A stretch of 61,706 nt of DNA, filler included, from Choristocarpus tenellus KU-1152 (taxonomy: Eukaryota; Protista; Phaeophyceae), in the NCBI GenBank assembly GCA_964200185.2. It is 9 parts of 9 records of this genome, joined end to end, with 100 filler letters (N's around TTAATTAATTAA, not from the genome) between each part and the next. Parts side by side here need not be neighbours in the genome. Positions count along the whole stretch, not along the records: positions 1 to 16,107 come from CAXNAD020000874.1; 8 more parts are not named here. One strand, written 5' to 3'. Below the pieces are notes generated by a model. It was not told the DNA's origin, made no database searches, and was given only the letters and a program-made list of their open reading frames with translations. Positions 1 through 12,217 of the stretch are shown here, in pieces. The position numbers and the translations under genes were made by a program. The stretch's first letter is position 1, and every line of letters begins with the position of its first letter.

Positions 1-1449
1 TGCATTTCCTAATCTACTCCACTGATGGTGTCTATAGTGTATCCGCAGCATTATCTACGAACAGATAACACTAGTCCTTCTACAACACACAGGTGTAAGG
101 AGAGAACAGCCAGTCGCACACTAGTCTACTGCAGTCAAGGGTTGTGAAGTGGTGTCAATTAGACCTTGATATTGTGTTTTCCTTTTACCCTTCATACAAC
201 TGTGCTACAGAAGGAGATTGCACAAAAAATCGCTCCACACATCTGGAAATGTACAGTTCTTTGTGTTAGTACATCCATCAACCTTTCCAACCCCCCTTCA
301 CAGCCCAAGTACTTCTAAGTATGGTCTCATGTCACAACCCTCAGTAGTGGTTGATATATCAGTTGGCATAATGAATGCTGCAGGTTATTCCAATGGCAAT
401 TGGCATGGAGGCAAAAATTATTGTGATCAAAGGCCCATGGCATCGCCTACCAATAGGCATGCGTATGTTTCCTACCTGAAACATATCAAAACACAAATGA
501 AGATCATGCTGATACTGTTTGCAGAGTAGATTTTGTTGGTTACATAGTGTGCTTAGTGGTGCGCTTCAGAGCACAGAGTAAGAATAATGTAACATGAGAA
601 GTTATTTTCAGGAGGGCACTCCTCCTTCCTTGTCGCTCATGTCATCTGGCCCACTCCTCTGATGATCACTCGGCTGAGTTTTTGGTGTCATGCCTGAGCA
701 CGGCAATTTTTTGCAGTGGTTATGAACAAGTCGGGTATGGGAATGATTGAGGTTGCACCTAAGAGGAAAAGGGGTGGCCACATCTCAATTTGCAGTAATC
801 AGACACTACGGGGGGGGGGAAATGACTTCTGTAGTTATGGAGGGTTCTGAATACTCCACTTGCCCCTAATTGTCCTTGTAGTGCTATTCTCCGTTGTGCG
901 TGATATATCTCATAAATTTACATGCTCAAACAGTCCACATATATAGTGAGTCGAGTCAAGTAACACTGAACACTTGTGTGCACTTTGCCTCTCCCTGGCA
1001 CCTGTTTGAGACAACCAAGACAAGCTCTGCGTATAACCTGTGTCACACTACTAGCTAGCCCAGAGGATGGAGATTACCATGCCTAACGTGGTGCTATGTG
1101 GAAGTTTGACATTACTGAGGAGCACTCGGTAGTAAAGATATCACAAGAACAACCCCATAGTGTTCTGCTTTGAGTTGATGCCACATCTTCATACATCCAC
1201 TCATAGTTAGGGAACAACGAAAATGATGCCACAGTAGTCCCTTGAGGGTATCGTTGACTGGCATGGGGGTTATACTATACCATTCACTTTGAAGTAGAAT
1301 GGGTCAACTTAAGTTTCACCAAATTTCTAGTGCTTTCCAGTTCTCAACTCCAACAATGGGTGGGTTGATACTTATTATTCAATGCGTAAAACATAGGTTG
1401 CATGTACATCAAAGTTAAACTCTGCTTGTTGTATCCAAGGTTGAAACAT

Positions 1450-4400
1450 TCAAATGACCGAGGACACTGCCAGATGACAAATAAAGTTCTGGGTGCTGCT
1501 CCACACTACACAAATATTGGTGTCCACATACCTATCGACTACATTGCCAGTTGGACCACCATTGTGTTGATCTTCGACTATGACATTTTGCTGTATCACT
1601 TCCAAGACGGTTGCCTTAAACACCAACCCAAGCATGCACCATGGGCCATCATAAGCAAAAGTGGAGGAAGTTTGCAAGTTGGAATAAGTCCTGCAGTGCA
1701 CTGTACACAAGGAGGGAGATAGAAGGGTAGTGCCTCTCACCGCCCAACATGCTACTACTTGAAGGCGCGTATAAATCTGTACGGTAATAGTGAGGTGTAC
1801 CTGGGGTGACATCCATTCTACATCAGGGTGATTGGGCGAACTTGTGGATAGGGAGTACATGCCTATCTGCTTGTTACTTCTCCACACGCGCCAACAGCTG
1901 CAGAAAGAAGCTGACAAATCAAAACAAGAATCAGACTGCAACATAAATGGTTGATATGTGTGTGTTGCAGCAACCAAGAGAGAGTTCGGGTTTTGAGTCA
2001 AAGTATCCAATGTTGAAAGTTTGTTGTAATTTTGGTAATCATGTTTGTTAGGAAGCGTCAATATCCTTGTTCCAGACACACCTTTTTATAACATATACAT
2101 TTTACCTACTCCAAAACATTTCGGTGTATATAAAATGCCATTTAAAACCTGTGGGAATCCAAGCCCCAAATGGACAAACAGGGAAAAACTTTACCCTCTA
2201 AGATACTTTCACTCTTTAAAGAAGCACTTGCATTGTAGTGCAGTAGCACCTGGTTTTCGTGGTCCTGCAAGTAAAATGTGCCTCCAGGGAGTAGAAGAGT
2301 TGGGCAGGTGGAAGCACGGGTCTCAACAGCCCAGGCCCACATGTCCCTGATGTTGTTGCTGTCAAATGAACCCCCAAAGCAGTAGATGGGAACATTCATA
2401 GGAGGTGCGCTGGTGTAGTTGTATGTGTCAAGCATTCTATAACACATTTCCAGAAGTGGGCAAGGAGGTGGATAGTGACCATGTTAATTCAATGGCTTTG
2501 ATTCGTAAGAAGATACAATAGAGTTAAGGTAGTACTCTCGATTTTAGTGTTGCCAGTAGGTGCGGACAGGGATCCTGTCAATTAGGTAGGTTCTAGATAA
2601 AGATATGTGGAAATCACAATTAGGTAAAATGGGGTCATAGGTCATACACCTTCCTCACGTACACCACCAAGAAGTATGGTATCAGCAGGTGTTGAAGTGC
2701 ATGTCATTCCCACAGGGGAGATTTTGCTGAATCCCCTGTCTAAGGGCAAAGGTTTGGGGTAGTAGCACTTTAAGTCAAATTTGATGCATAGTCTTGTCAT
2801 AATGATAATTATACTTTCTTTGCAGTATATTGACAGCACTCTTGCAATATACTAGTCTGCATTCTAGTGCCCTTGTTTAACACTAGCAAATCAAAGGGAA
2901 CTTGACAATATTGGAAATGCTCTTTACCTCATGTCTGCATACCACAGGGATGTAAATATCCTCATGAGATCTTGGTTCTCTCTCATCTCGATGGGAATGC
3001 CACCCCTTTCCAGAAGGGCCGCTTCAAACTGAGTTGAGAGTTATGAGAGGTGGACTAGGTTTGATTCTATGCATGCATATTTCTCACTATTGTGGGAGGT
3101 ACAGTGGCATGTGCAGTTACTTCAACCTTCACCAAGGCTGTGGAAACACAACTTCAGAAATGTTACGTAAATATGAAAACCCTACCTTCAAAGAGTCTGG
3201 GACAGGGGTACAAAGGAGATGGGGATATTTGGAGAACAGAAAATATGGGACAAAAAAATTGAAGTATAAAGCGCAGACTGGAGATGCAATTCTAGTGTTA
3301 CAAAGTAGGAGAGTATACTGAATACTGCTCCAAGAGTGTTGATGCACTTTCCTACTTAAAATCGATACATTTTGTGTACAAATTGTACTTGAGTTGCCAT
3401 CCTTTCACTTGTAAACGCTACTGTAGTAGGATCAGGGGGCTAGGGTAACCAACGCACCTCACCATGTTCTGAGTGCAGAATTTCCCCCTCAGGTGATGTG
3501 CAGCACAAGTCTGACATTTTTTCTCGGGCATGAGTCATCTGTCAATGAGGTAAATAAATGTAAGGCATACTGTGAACAACTTTGTGGAGACTCATGTCTC
3601 ATGGATACTAAGCAGAGTGTGTTCTGAAGAATGATGGCTGAAAGATGATGGTTAAGGTGCTCCAAGTATAGTGATAATACTATCACAAAGAAAACTATTT
3701 CTTCCAATTGAAATGCCTTACCTGAGGTCCGCACATACCCGAAACAAATAGGGCCTGCGGTGGGAAGTCACAATGGATAAGGCGGCATAGCTCAAAAGCT
3801 ATTATTGCCCCAAGTTCGTGCCCAAAGAGAGAAAACGGCAGACAGTCATGAGATAGTAGTTGCAGGCCATGCAGTGCGTTGAAGACCATGATCACCAAGT
3901 CTGAGATGTTATTGAGTGGTTTCTCTGCAGCACGCCTTGAACAAGGACATGTATATGAGCATGGGCCAGCAAGTGCGCATTGGACTTTTTTATTGCATGA
4001 ATCGATGAGGTTAGAATTGAGAAGTTCAGGTGAGGACCTCTTCTATGATTCCTTCGAGGTTTTGCTCAATATCGAAAAGTAGGAATGATACCTGTGACTA
4101 TAGGAGATACTTTTGAGGATATTTTCTTTCTGGCTGGAGGTGCCTGTATTGAGTAATGATAGGACTAAGCACCAGTTTTACCCCACGACCGCAAGTAGAA
4201 AAAAATCCCATTACTATCAGTGCAAATCTCCTCTGTTGTTGATGTTGTGTTGTAAACCTATTTTGGGTTGGCTACTGGCTGTGAGAGTGGTTACAGATGG
4301 TAGTTTGACTGTCCAAAATGAGAAGTAAAGAACGGACAGTGCAGTTTAAGGTGGAGCAGCCTAGATAAGGCCTTTGCATCGGTACGTGTTGGTGTAACCT

Positions 4401-5047
4401 GGGCGGGAGAGGTTGCATGATATTCAGCCTCTGCTTGCATGCACTAACATTAGCCTCCCAGGTAACATAATGGGCACCACCTCTACTCCAGGAAGGTATG
4501 GATGCCACCGACTGTAGGAGGCACTGTTCCCTCCTGCATGTGGAAAGCAGAACAGTCTCGCTTTTGCTCCTGGGACACTGTTAAAGTCACCGACCCATTT
4601 TCGCCACTCTCGTCTTAGTTCGTAGTTCGTGCTAGCTACACTCTGCGGTCACAAATCAAGCAAGATGTAATAGGTCACATTGGCGCACTGATAATAGATG
4701 TCGTTGATGAAGCTGATCGGTACTATTGAAGAACTTTGTTGTTTAGATACATTATAAACCGTCCTCTTCACCTCGCAATGCTCTACATCTTCGTCGTCCC
4801 TGTAAGTCCATGTCGTGGTCAGCATCTTCTTGGTGTAGTAGCCATAGAATTCTTTGCGGTGCTGTCTTTCTTCAGGTTCATTCTCTTCGGATATATGCAC
4901 TCTACTTTCTACCCCTTCATTGCTCATGCTTTTATTGCTTACTGTATTTTTTTCCGTGGTAATCCCTGTGTTATATGATTGCCATCCATTCTTGTCCTTT
5001 ACGACCTCGCCCCCCCAACGCTCAGCTTTGTCGATATCCCGAGCCAT
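1450..5047 (-). CDS. Type II (GrsT/RifR-like) thioesterase-fold protein with ~110-aa hydrophilic N-extension; catalytic Ser and His substituted
   Basis: Phase-consistent GT-AG exons 5047-~4721, 4642-4449, 3935-3722, 3510-3463, 3028-2928, 2436-2250 and 1614-(1450 or spliced onward). They encode RLFCFPHAGGNSASYSRW..VEVVPIMLPGR, PFSLFGHELGAIIAFE, LFVSG, GGIP.EM..NQDLM.IF...YAD, PIYCFGG..D and LPGGTFYL. Start and last exon are less certain. Confidence 0.85.
1995..2214. mobile_element. MITE family A (internally deleted copy), intronic
   Basis: GAGTCAAAGTATC...GATACTTTCACTC termini; body matches other family A copies; flanks tttt/ttta. Confidence 0.85.
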
Positions 5048-5308
5048 ACCGTACAGGTTTGGTCGTACTTGCACTAGAGCTGGGGCTAGGTCTTAACTCA
5101 CAGCAGGGTAGAACCCCACTGTACAGACAAACAATTTACTTCGTTCCTTCCTTCCTCGCACAAACCCTCTCATGATCTTAATGTTGTAGGTCGTGAAAAC
5201 ACATCTAAACTGTCGTTACAACAAAAAATATTTTATTATTGGTTTGGATCTACAATTATGTACTAAATCAAGTAGTAGGAATGTAAGGGGATAGGAAGAC
5301 ACAGGTCG

Positions 5309-7481
5309 ATGTGTGCGATTGCCAACATCCACCAGCGAGTGCTGGTCTTGGCACTTGCCTTCACGGGGTTTGGAAATCGGAAGGCTTTTGGATTCCTGAG
5401 GCACGGTGGTGTAAATTTTTCAATTGGGACAGGGAAGGGGTCGGACAGCTTTGTGGCTATGTCTATGTCAGCAAAACAATCTACCAGCGAGCGGGGAAGG
5501 ATAGTCTTGGGATCGAAGTCTTTCACGAGAAAAATGATAGTTGAAGAAATGGGATTCCTACCAATCGTAAGGTAAGCTCCGTGGTGGACTTCCAGATGCC
5601 GGATCTACAGGACACTGGTTCTAAAGAGAGATCCCAGTACCATCCCCTCCTAAACTCGCAGGACAGCCGACATTGATGAAGGGGCTATCGGAGATCGAAC
5701 AGAAGACCCTAGCGAACTCGTGCTGGAGCTTGGATTGGCCAAGGCTGCGGCTTTGTTGCCCTCACTTCGAGCAGAGTTTGAAGAAGACAAGCTTGATGGT
5801 GCAAGTCTTCTACTTACTGGCGATCAGGGTGAGTTCGGATCTTGTTTTGCATCTCATGTACCTGCCACATAGATCTTACGGCCCGTTCAAGTTACTTCAA
5901 TCATTGGTTATTGTCTATGGGTAGATTCCAACCAACAGTGCTGCCTAATATCGCGTGTCTGGTAACGTGGGTCAATTTGATCGAACTTCTCCTCTTACAT
6001 CGTTTCTGTTTTCGCCACTGCTGCTCAAAGTTGTTGTTCATGAGGGACGCGTTCTGGAGAAGCCTGCTGACGTAGACGAAATACGGCGGAACATCGCTGG
6101 GTATGCGGTGAGTAATTGGGTTAGACGTTTATCCTTACTAGTGTTTTGTCCCTTGACGCAAATAGACAAAAACGGTTTGGGCTTGCACCCCCTCACTCTG
6201 CTTGGTTTCTATCCACTGGAAGGGAATCCTTTCACAGCACTGTCATATTCACATCCGAAAGTTTTGTTGCTTCAATTTTTCCATTGGAAATACGGTTGAG
6301 TGTTCTCATGAAGGCCAAGTCCCCCATTTGCACCTGTATCCTGCAGTCATTTTTGTGCTTTAGTTATCTTTTGACTGCCTGCCTACCCATGACATGATCA
6401 GTAGCAAACTGCAACCTCTTGCACCCCCTTAATGATTGGCCTTCATTCACCCGTCTCATTTTGGTCTCTCAGAAATCACCATGCCAAACAGTTGGCTCTG
6501 TGGTGCTCACTGACTTGAAGACAGGAAAGCAAGTGTCGGGTGTGGACTCTGCAGAAATATTCTTTGATGAGGTAGGCCTGGCACACGCTTTTGCTGTACC
6601 TAGCTCAATCACATTCCAGCACACACCTCTTCGCACCTCCTTTCTTGCCTAAAACTCTGGAACATAATTCAGATATCCCTGGAGTAAAATAGACAGAACA
6701 TCCTTATGTGGGTTATCCTTGACACAGGTATTTTATTACATTATATTAAAATTAAGTGACACCATCTGGTTGAGAATTGGTACTTTGCCCCTCCCTCCCC
6801 TGCCAAAAAGTCTCTTTTTTGAAGTGTCTGCAAGAAGTACTCCACTGCCGTACTAAAAACGTATTTGTTGCATCACCAGAGAGGTATTTATGAGGTGGGT
6901 TGTATTGACTTGTTGGACCCAGAGTGCTGTTCAGCTGATTAATAACAGTTTTTTTAGTGTGATTGGAGTTAATTGTTGATTTATGATAAGGGCAGCTAGA
7001 TGGGAACATTAGGGGTAGGGCAAACTACATATTGCATACATACTGAGTATGTGCCTTTGATTCCCATTGTTTGAGCTGCCTTTGACATAGATCCATGCCA
7101 ATAATCAATTCAGCTTATAAGATTCCTTGTGACATGTTATTGGGCTGTTTGATATTGCAGAATGAACCGTGTGTGATTGCATCTGAACCTGGGGTCACTC
7201 CCTTTTTGCCTAATACAGAATGAAGGCTGTATCCGCAATGTGTTTGAATTCTTCCTTTCACCTGCATCCACTCTCAAATCACTCAGATCCCAGCTGATGT
7301 TGTGACAAAACTATGCAAGGAGGGGACTGTTTTTTGTTGTGCTGGTGGGCTTATGGTGGAGCATGAACTGGTGCAGCCATATGTCAAGGAAATTCGGGGC
7401 ACCATAGACTCCGTCATGGGTTTGTCAAAACCCCTTGTGCTGAGGCTTGTGGATAGTCTGTATAGTGTTCCTACAAGCTGA
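5309..7481 (+). CDS. maf: Maf-family nucleoside-triphosphate pyrophosphatase (plant/protist type) with N-terminal targeting leader
   Basis: Exons 5309-5571, 5662-5828, 6031-6107, 6473-6571, 7288-7481: IVLGSKSFTRK..ADIDE..LAKA..LLTGDQVVVHEGRVLEKP..TVGSVVLT..GVDSAEIFFDEIP..CAGGLMVEH..GTIDSVMGL. Confidence 0.93.
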
Positions 7482-8971
7482 TTTGCTAGATGAAGATGAA
7501 TAGATGGGTAATTGTTTACGAGGATGTGAGTACTACTAGTTGCAAAGTCAGTTTAGCATAGGAGTTTGCTCCTGTTCTTTGTTCCATGTGAAGCTTTTGT
7601 TATTTAATGAATTGTTGTGTGTTGATGTTTATGCTTGACACATTTGTGAGTATATTAATGGCATTTTGTGACTCAACAACTTTGAATGGGGTCTGTACTA
7701 GTCCTTGAGGTTACAAAAATGGTCAACATGCTGTTAGTGTGATGACCCCTTTATAATTTCCTCTTTTCTTTCAGCTGATCAGCCCAATTGTACTTCATTT
7801 TACAGTATTGGTGGGCCAGTCAAGTATCTCATGGCACAAGGCCCAAACTGATTTGCATGATCCCTTGTGAAAGATGGGCTGGGACATGGTACTATCACCA
7901 TCTCATGTCTTGAGTATGTTTGCTTTCCTTTCCTCCCTGTGGTGGTTCTCCATTCTGTCATTGATTTTTACTTCTATATGGCCCAATGCTATTTGAACGC
8001 AAAATTGACACCAGGAAATTTCTGTTCAGTATCCTTTTTAGGGTTGATGAGAAGAAGCACACTTGATAATAAAAAAGTTCAGTCATGACTATCAAATAAT
8101 TGAAAACCAATGTTTGACTTATCATGCTTCACTCACTATGTCCGCAGCATTGTGTATGGACTGCAACATTGGTGTGTTGTAGTGTACAATACATGTAACC
8201 AACCCCACTGTGTTAAGTGCTGGCATCACATAACTTGGATCATACTAAATGTGGAACTATGTAATAATTGCCCCTTATTTGACAAGGTCACACATGATAA
8301 TAAAATGTTGCATACAACTGTGGTTCAAAATGCAAGGCAATACACAATCACATACGGCATTCTGTTTTAGTGGGGTGAGAGTATAGTCCTCAGTGTGCTG
8401 TACAGTACCAAGTTTTAGGGAAGAAAAAACAATCATTATGTTAGGTGTTTCAAAGCAAAGGGAGATACTTGCAGTGAGTTGGAGTTGGGTTGAGTTAAAA
8501 ATATTCCCACAGATGGGTCATTCAATAAAGAATCTACGGGTGTGTAGTAGGTCTGGGTATGAAGAGCAGTCCAGAGTGATGTTTTGTAAAGTCCAAGACA
8601 AAGCAGGGTCCACATTGTGTTACATAGTGGGGGTTCAAGGGAGGGCTGTGCATATCATGGTATGCACAAACTGGGATGTACTATGGTATGAGGTGTTGTC
8701 ATGCACCACGGAAACATGCCATGCACCAAACTCCCAGTCCTACACTTGGCAGCCTTACATGCACATCTGTCACTCTAATTTGGTATATATTACAGACGCA
8801 TGCTGCTTCTAGTGACGCTCTTTTGTCACATGGTGGAGGGTTTTAGATACTTGGGGTCAAAATTGTTTAATGAGGACATTTTGTACATGACGTTGCCTGA
8901 CCATATTTTCGATGCAGCAAAGGTTGCAGGAGTGTCCACACACAGGCAATATTCTCTATTCTAGACTGCAC

Positions 8972-11900
8972 CTACATCATGGCATCTGCAGCAACCATGT
9001 TTTCTTTATCTGCATTGTACTTGTCATCACTTCCACCCTGGGAGATTGGAGAGGTCAGAGTATCTTCTATCGTATCACTGAAAACTCCGTCATTTACAAC
9101 TGATAGATTGGGTTCTAATTCAATTTCCTCATCCACCTTAGTGGCAACCTGTGGCTCATCTATAGCATGTGCTGCTTGATTAGAGGTCCTCTTCAAAAGT
9201 CCTCGGTGAGGGATACGGAAACTGGGAAGGAAAAAGGGCTGGAAGTTGAGCATGACAGCAGCCCCTAGTCTACTTCCAGAATAGTTGAGAGAGTACCCCA
9301 GTCCTGATGTCTTCACGGTGGCCCAATATCTAACGGCCATGAGCAGCGAGCCTTCTTGGGAAAGGTGTCTTGAATGTCTAGGGTTCTCACTTTGCCTGCT
9401 GTTGCAAAAGTTAGGGTGTGGGTCTTTAAAGGTTGTGAGAAGCAGAATGCAAAGACAACCCAATAAAGCAATTGAATCACTGTATAGATTGAATGTGAAA
9501 CTGCATGGAACCTTACGCACTGCCTTCAATATATTGTCAAATTCCTAGAATAGTGTTCTACGAAGGTGCTTCAACTGGTGTTGCTGAGTTCTCCTCTTCA
9601 CTGCCAAACTCATCATATGACTAAACATAACCTACAGACAACATACACGAACAGTCCTCGAGCATTTGGGGAGTGTCTCCATACCTCTCGGTTTGGGAAA
9701 GACTTGCCAGTGCTGCCAGCACCATCATATAGAGCTGTAGCAACACCTTCATGCCTGGTAACAGGAAAAAGTAGGGCGCAAGCCACCACTGAAACCCATA
9801 CCTTGTACTGAAGCGCATGCCCAAGCTCACACCAAGTCGTTGCATGGCATCCTTTCGCTCCCGTTGCTGCAGAGGTCATGCAACATGTGTTCAGATTTTT
9901 AAAAGCTTAGAACACTGTGCTATCTGACAGTATTTTTTTTTGGAGCAATGAAGGACATCATTCTATGCATCACATTGGGTAACACTGTTTCTCTCCTGGT
10001 AAGTACGTTCTGATGGATATGCAAGAGGGGTCTGCACTAGGACAACATTCAGGTACATCTTTTTCACTCCAGAGCATTAATCCAACTCAACATAAAAGCT
10101 GATTTCTGCCAATATTTATATCCTGTTTATCATTGTGCAATGCCTCGCAGCAGTCCTAGAGAGTAGAGAGTAGAGAGTAGAGAGGCAGTCGCAACTCCAT
10201 TCACACACCTGGTGCGACTGTTTGGAAGAGGACACAATCCTGCGTACAGCGGCAGTGCTCCACTCCTGCAGTGTCTCAGTTGGGTATGATAGGGCATGTG
10301 AAATCTGGAAAGCTGGGGGCCAGAACACAAAAAATGATGCCGTTACAGACGGCAAGGTATCACGCTGCTCCCATGAACGAAAGTGCAGTGTGAGGGGTAA
10401 CCTGGGGTGACCAGACAAGTTTGCAGTGAGCAGGGAATGTCGGTCAAACATTGAGCAATATTTCGTATGAGATAATACTGCAGCACATTGCCGATCAACC
10501 AAAGTAGCATGACCTTAAGAATGGAAGTTAGGTTGTTGTTACCCTCCTGCTCTGTCAGTCACACTATTGAGCCTATCTCCACACCTGATCCCCAGGCCAA
10601 TATCTGGTCGAAGCAGGACTCCTCTGAAGATGGGCTTAACCACTCCAATCCCAAACCCTCGGAATGTGAATTCGTCCTCCCACCATTCTCTGACAGCGGT
10701 CAAAGCATGGCCAAGACCCAAACGAGGCATGGAAACTTGTGAACTGTCTGCAGGCCTATAGTTTTCTGGGACTGGCAAAAGATCGACACCCACTTCACCA
10801 CTGGAATACAGTTGAGCCTCTTCCGCCTCATCATACACTTGAATATGAAGAGCTGGGGCTCCCATATCCATTGGTCCTGTGAGAGATTCCAGCGGCAGAC
10901 CTCGCTCGTTTGCACCCTGCAGCACCAAAAGTCTAGTCAAACCATTATGGTAACGATAGCTAGGTTTGATGGCGGGTACTACTTCGTTGAGCAACATAGA
11001 TCATGCTGCTAGAGAAGACTCATGAAATGCTCATGAAATTCCGAAGAATAAGAGCAACTAGCATCACCTGTTCTTCTCGCCTTCGCTTTGGGCGCATTGC
11101 CCTCACCCACCTTCGCCGACGAAATTTGTGTGTGAGTTTCATCTGTCTTGGTACTACGGGAAAACACAACATGCAGGGGCAAACAGTAGTTGAGGTTGAA
11201 GCGCATGATGAAGGACCTAATGACTTTAGGAGGCGACTGCCCATAAGGGTTGCTTTCCTTTCCATAACAAGATTCATTTCCACACTGAACAATGAGAACG
11301 AGCACAAGTATTGTGAGGGTGACAACACCATGGCCAGGGAGAAGTTATCAGTCTTTGAGTCATCTGACCTTTTGAACTGTCAAATTGTCCTATCTTGTTC
11401 GTATACTCCCATCCCCCCTGGTCTCGTCCCCCAGAGCGGTCTATTTTCCACTCCGTGACCCAGATCCAGTCATCGGGAGGTAGAATTTCGCCTGGGGCCA
11501 GAGCTGGAGTCCCGTCCTGACGTGAATATAGATGGTGGGTCAGGACTGCCTACTGAGTTGTATCATCGACGATTTTCCCCAATTCATTTGAGAACGGTGC
11601 TTGCACCTTATAACTCCACCGGGGAAATCCAGACCGTGGGCCTCTCCATCCCCTTCCAAGCCCCCAAGCCTCGTTTTCATAGACATCCACAATAACACCT
11701 TCCCATTGACTTCGGGATGGAGGAGCGGTGGCTGGCGGCACGATAGATTCATCGGAAGCGGATGATCGAGGAGAAACATCATCAAAGAATGGATCTGGAG
11801 ATTCGTCCAAGGCATCTTGATTTTGCTCTTCTTGAGGGAGCTGTGGGAAAAGTGCACTAGGGACTCTTGTGGCTTGGGTGTCGGCAGTGACATCGATCGG

Positions 11901-11984
11901 AGGCAATCTGGGAGCAACGTTGACCAGCAAAGATGCCAGGGCCGAAAAAAAGAGTGCTGTTCTTGATGTCCACATCGATGGCAT
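8972..11984 (-). CDS. DysF (dysferlin/Pex24p-type) domain protein with predicted signal peptide and an uncharacterised C-terminal region
   Basis: Spliced exons give VDVYENEAWGLGRGW (DysFN), LPPDDWIWVTEWKID..DQGGWEY and FRRRRWVR (DysFC). Later exons at about 10.6-10.8 kb, 10.2-10.4 kb and 9.0-9.4 kb. N-terminus MPSMWTSRTALFFSALASLLVNVA. Confidence 0.8.
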
Positions 11985-12217
11985 CAACTGAAGATACACA
12001 ACCGACTTCCTAGGTCTTGACCAGTGTGCCTTCACACTCGTGTAACTGGAAGTTCACACTTCAAAATCCTTTGTAGACGCCGTAATACATTATGGAACGC
12101 TCGTTGGTCGAAAGGTTGTAGTACTATACTATGATTTTCAATTAAAGTGTTTTAATATCGGTGGTATTTCACTGCTGTCTACAAGCTTGCTTGACTTGTT
12201 GCTCAAGGTTGGGAAAG

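Noticed and set aside
5216-6397. Minus-strand ORFs as upstream exons of the thioesterase gene
   Set aside because: They are antisense shadows of the plus-strand maf exons
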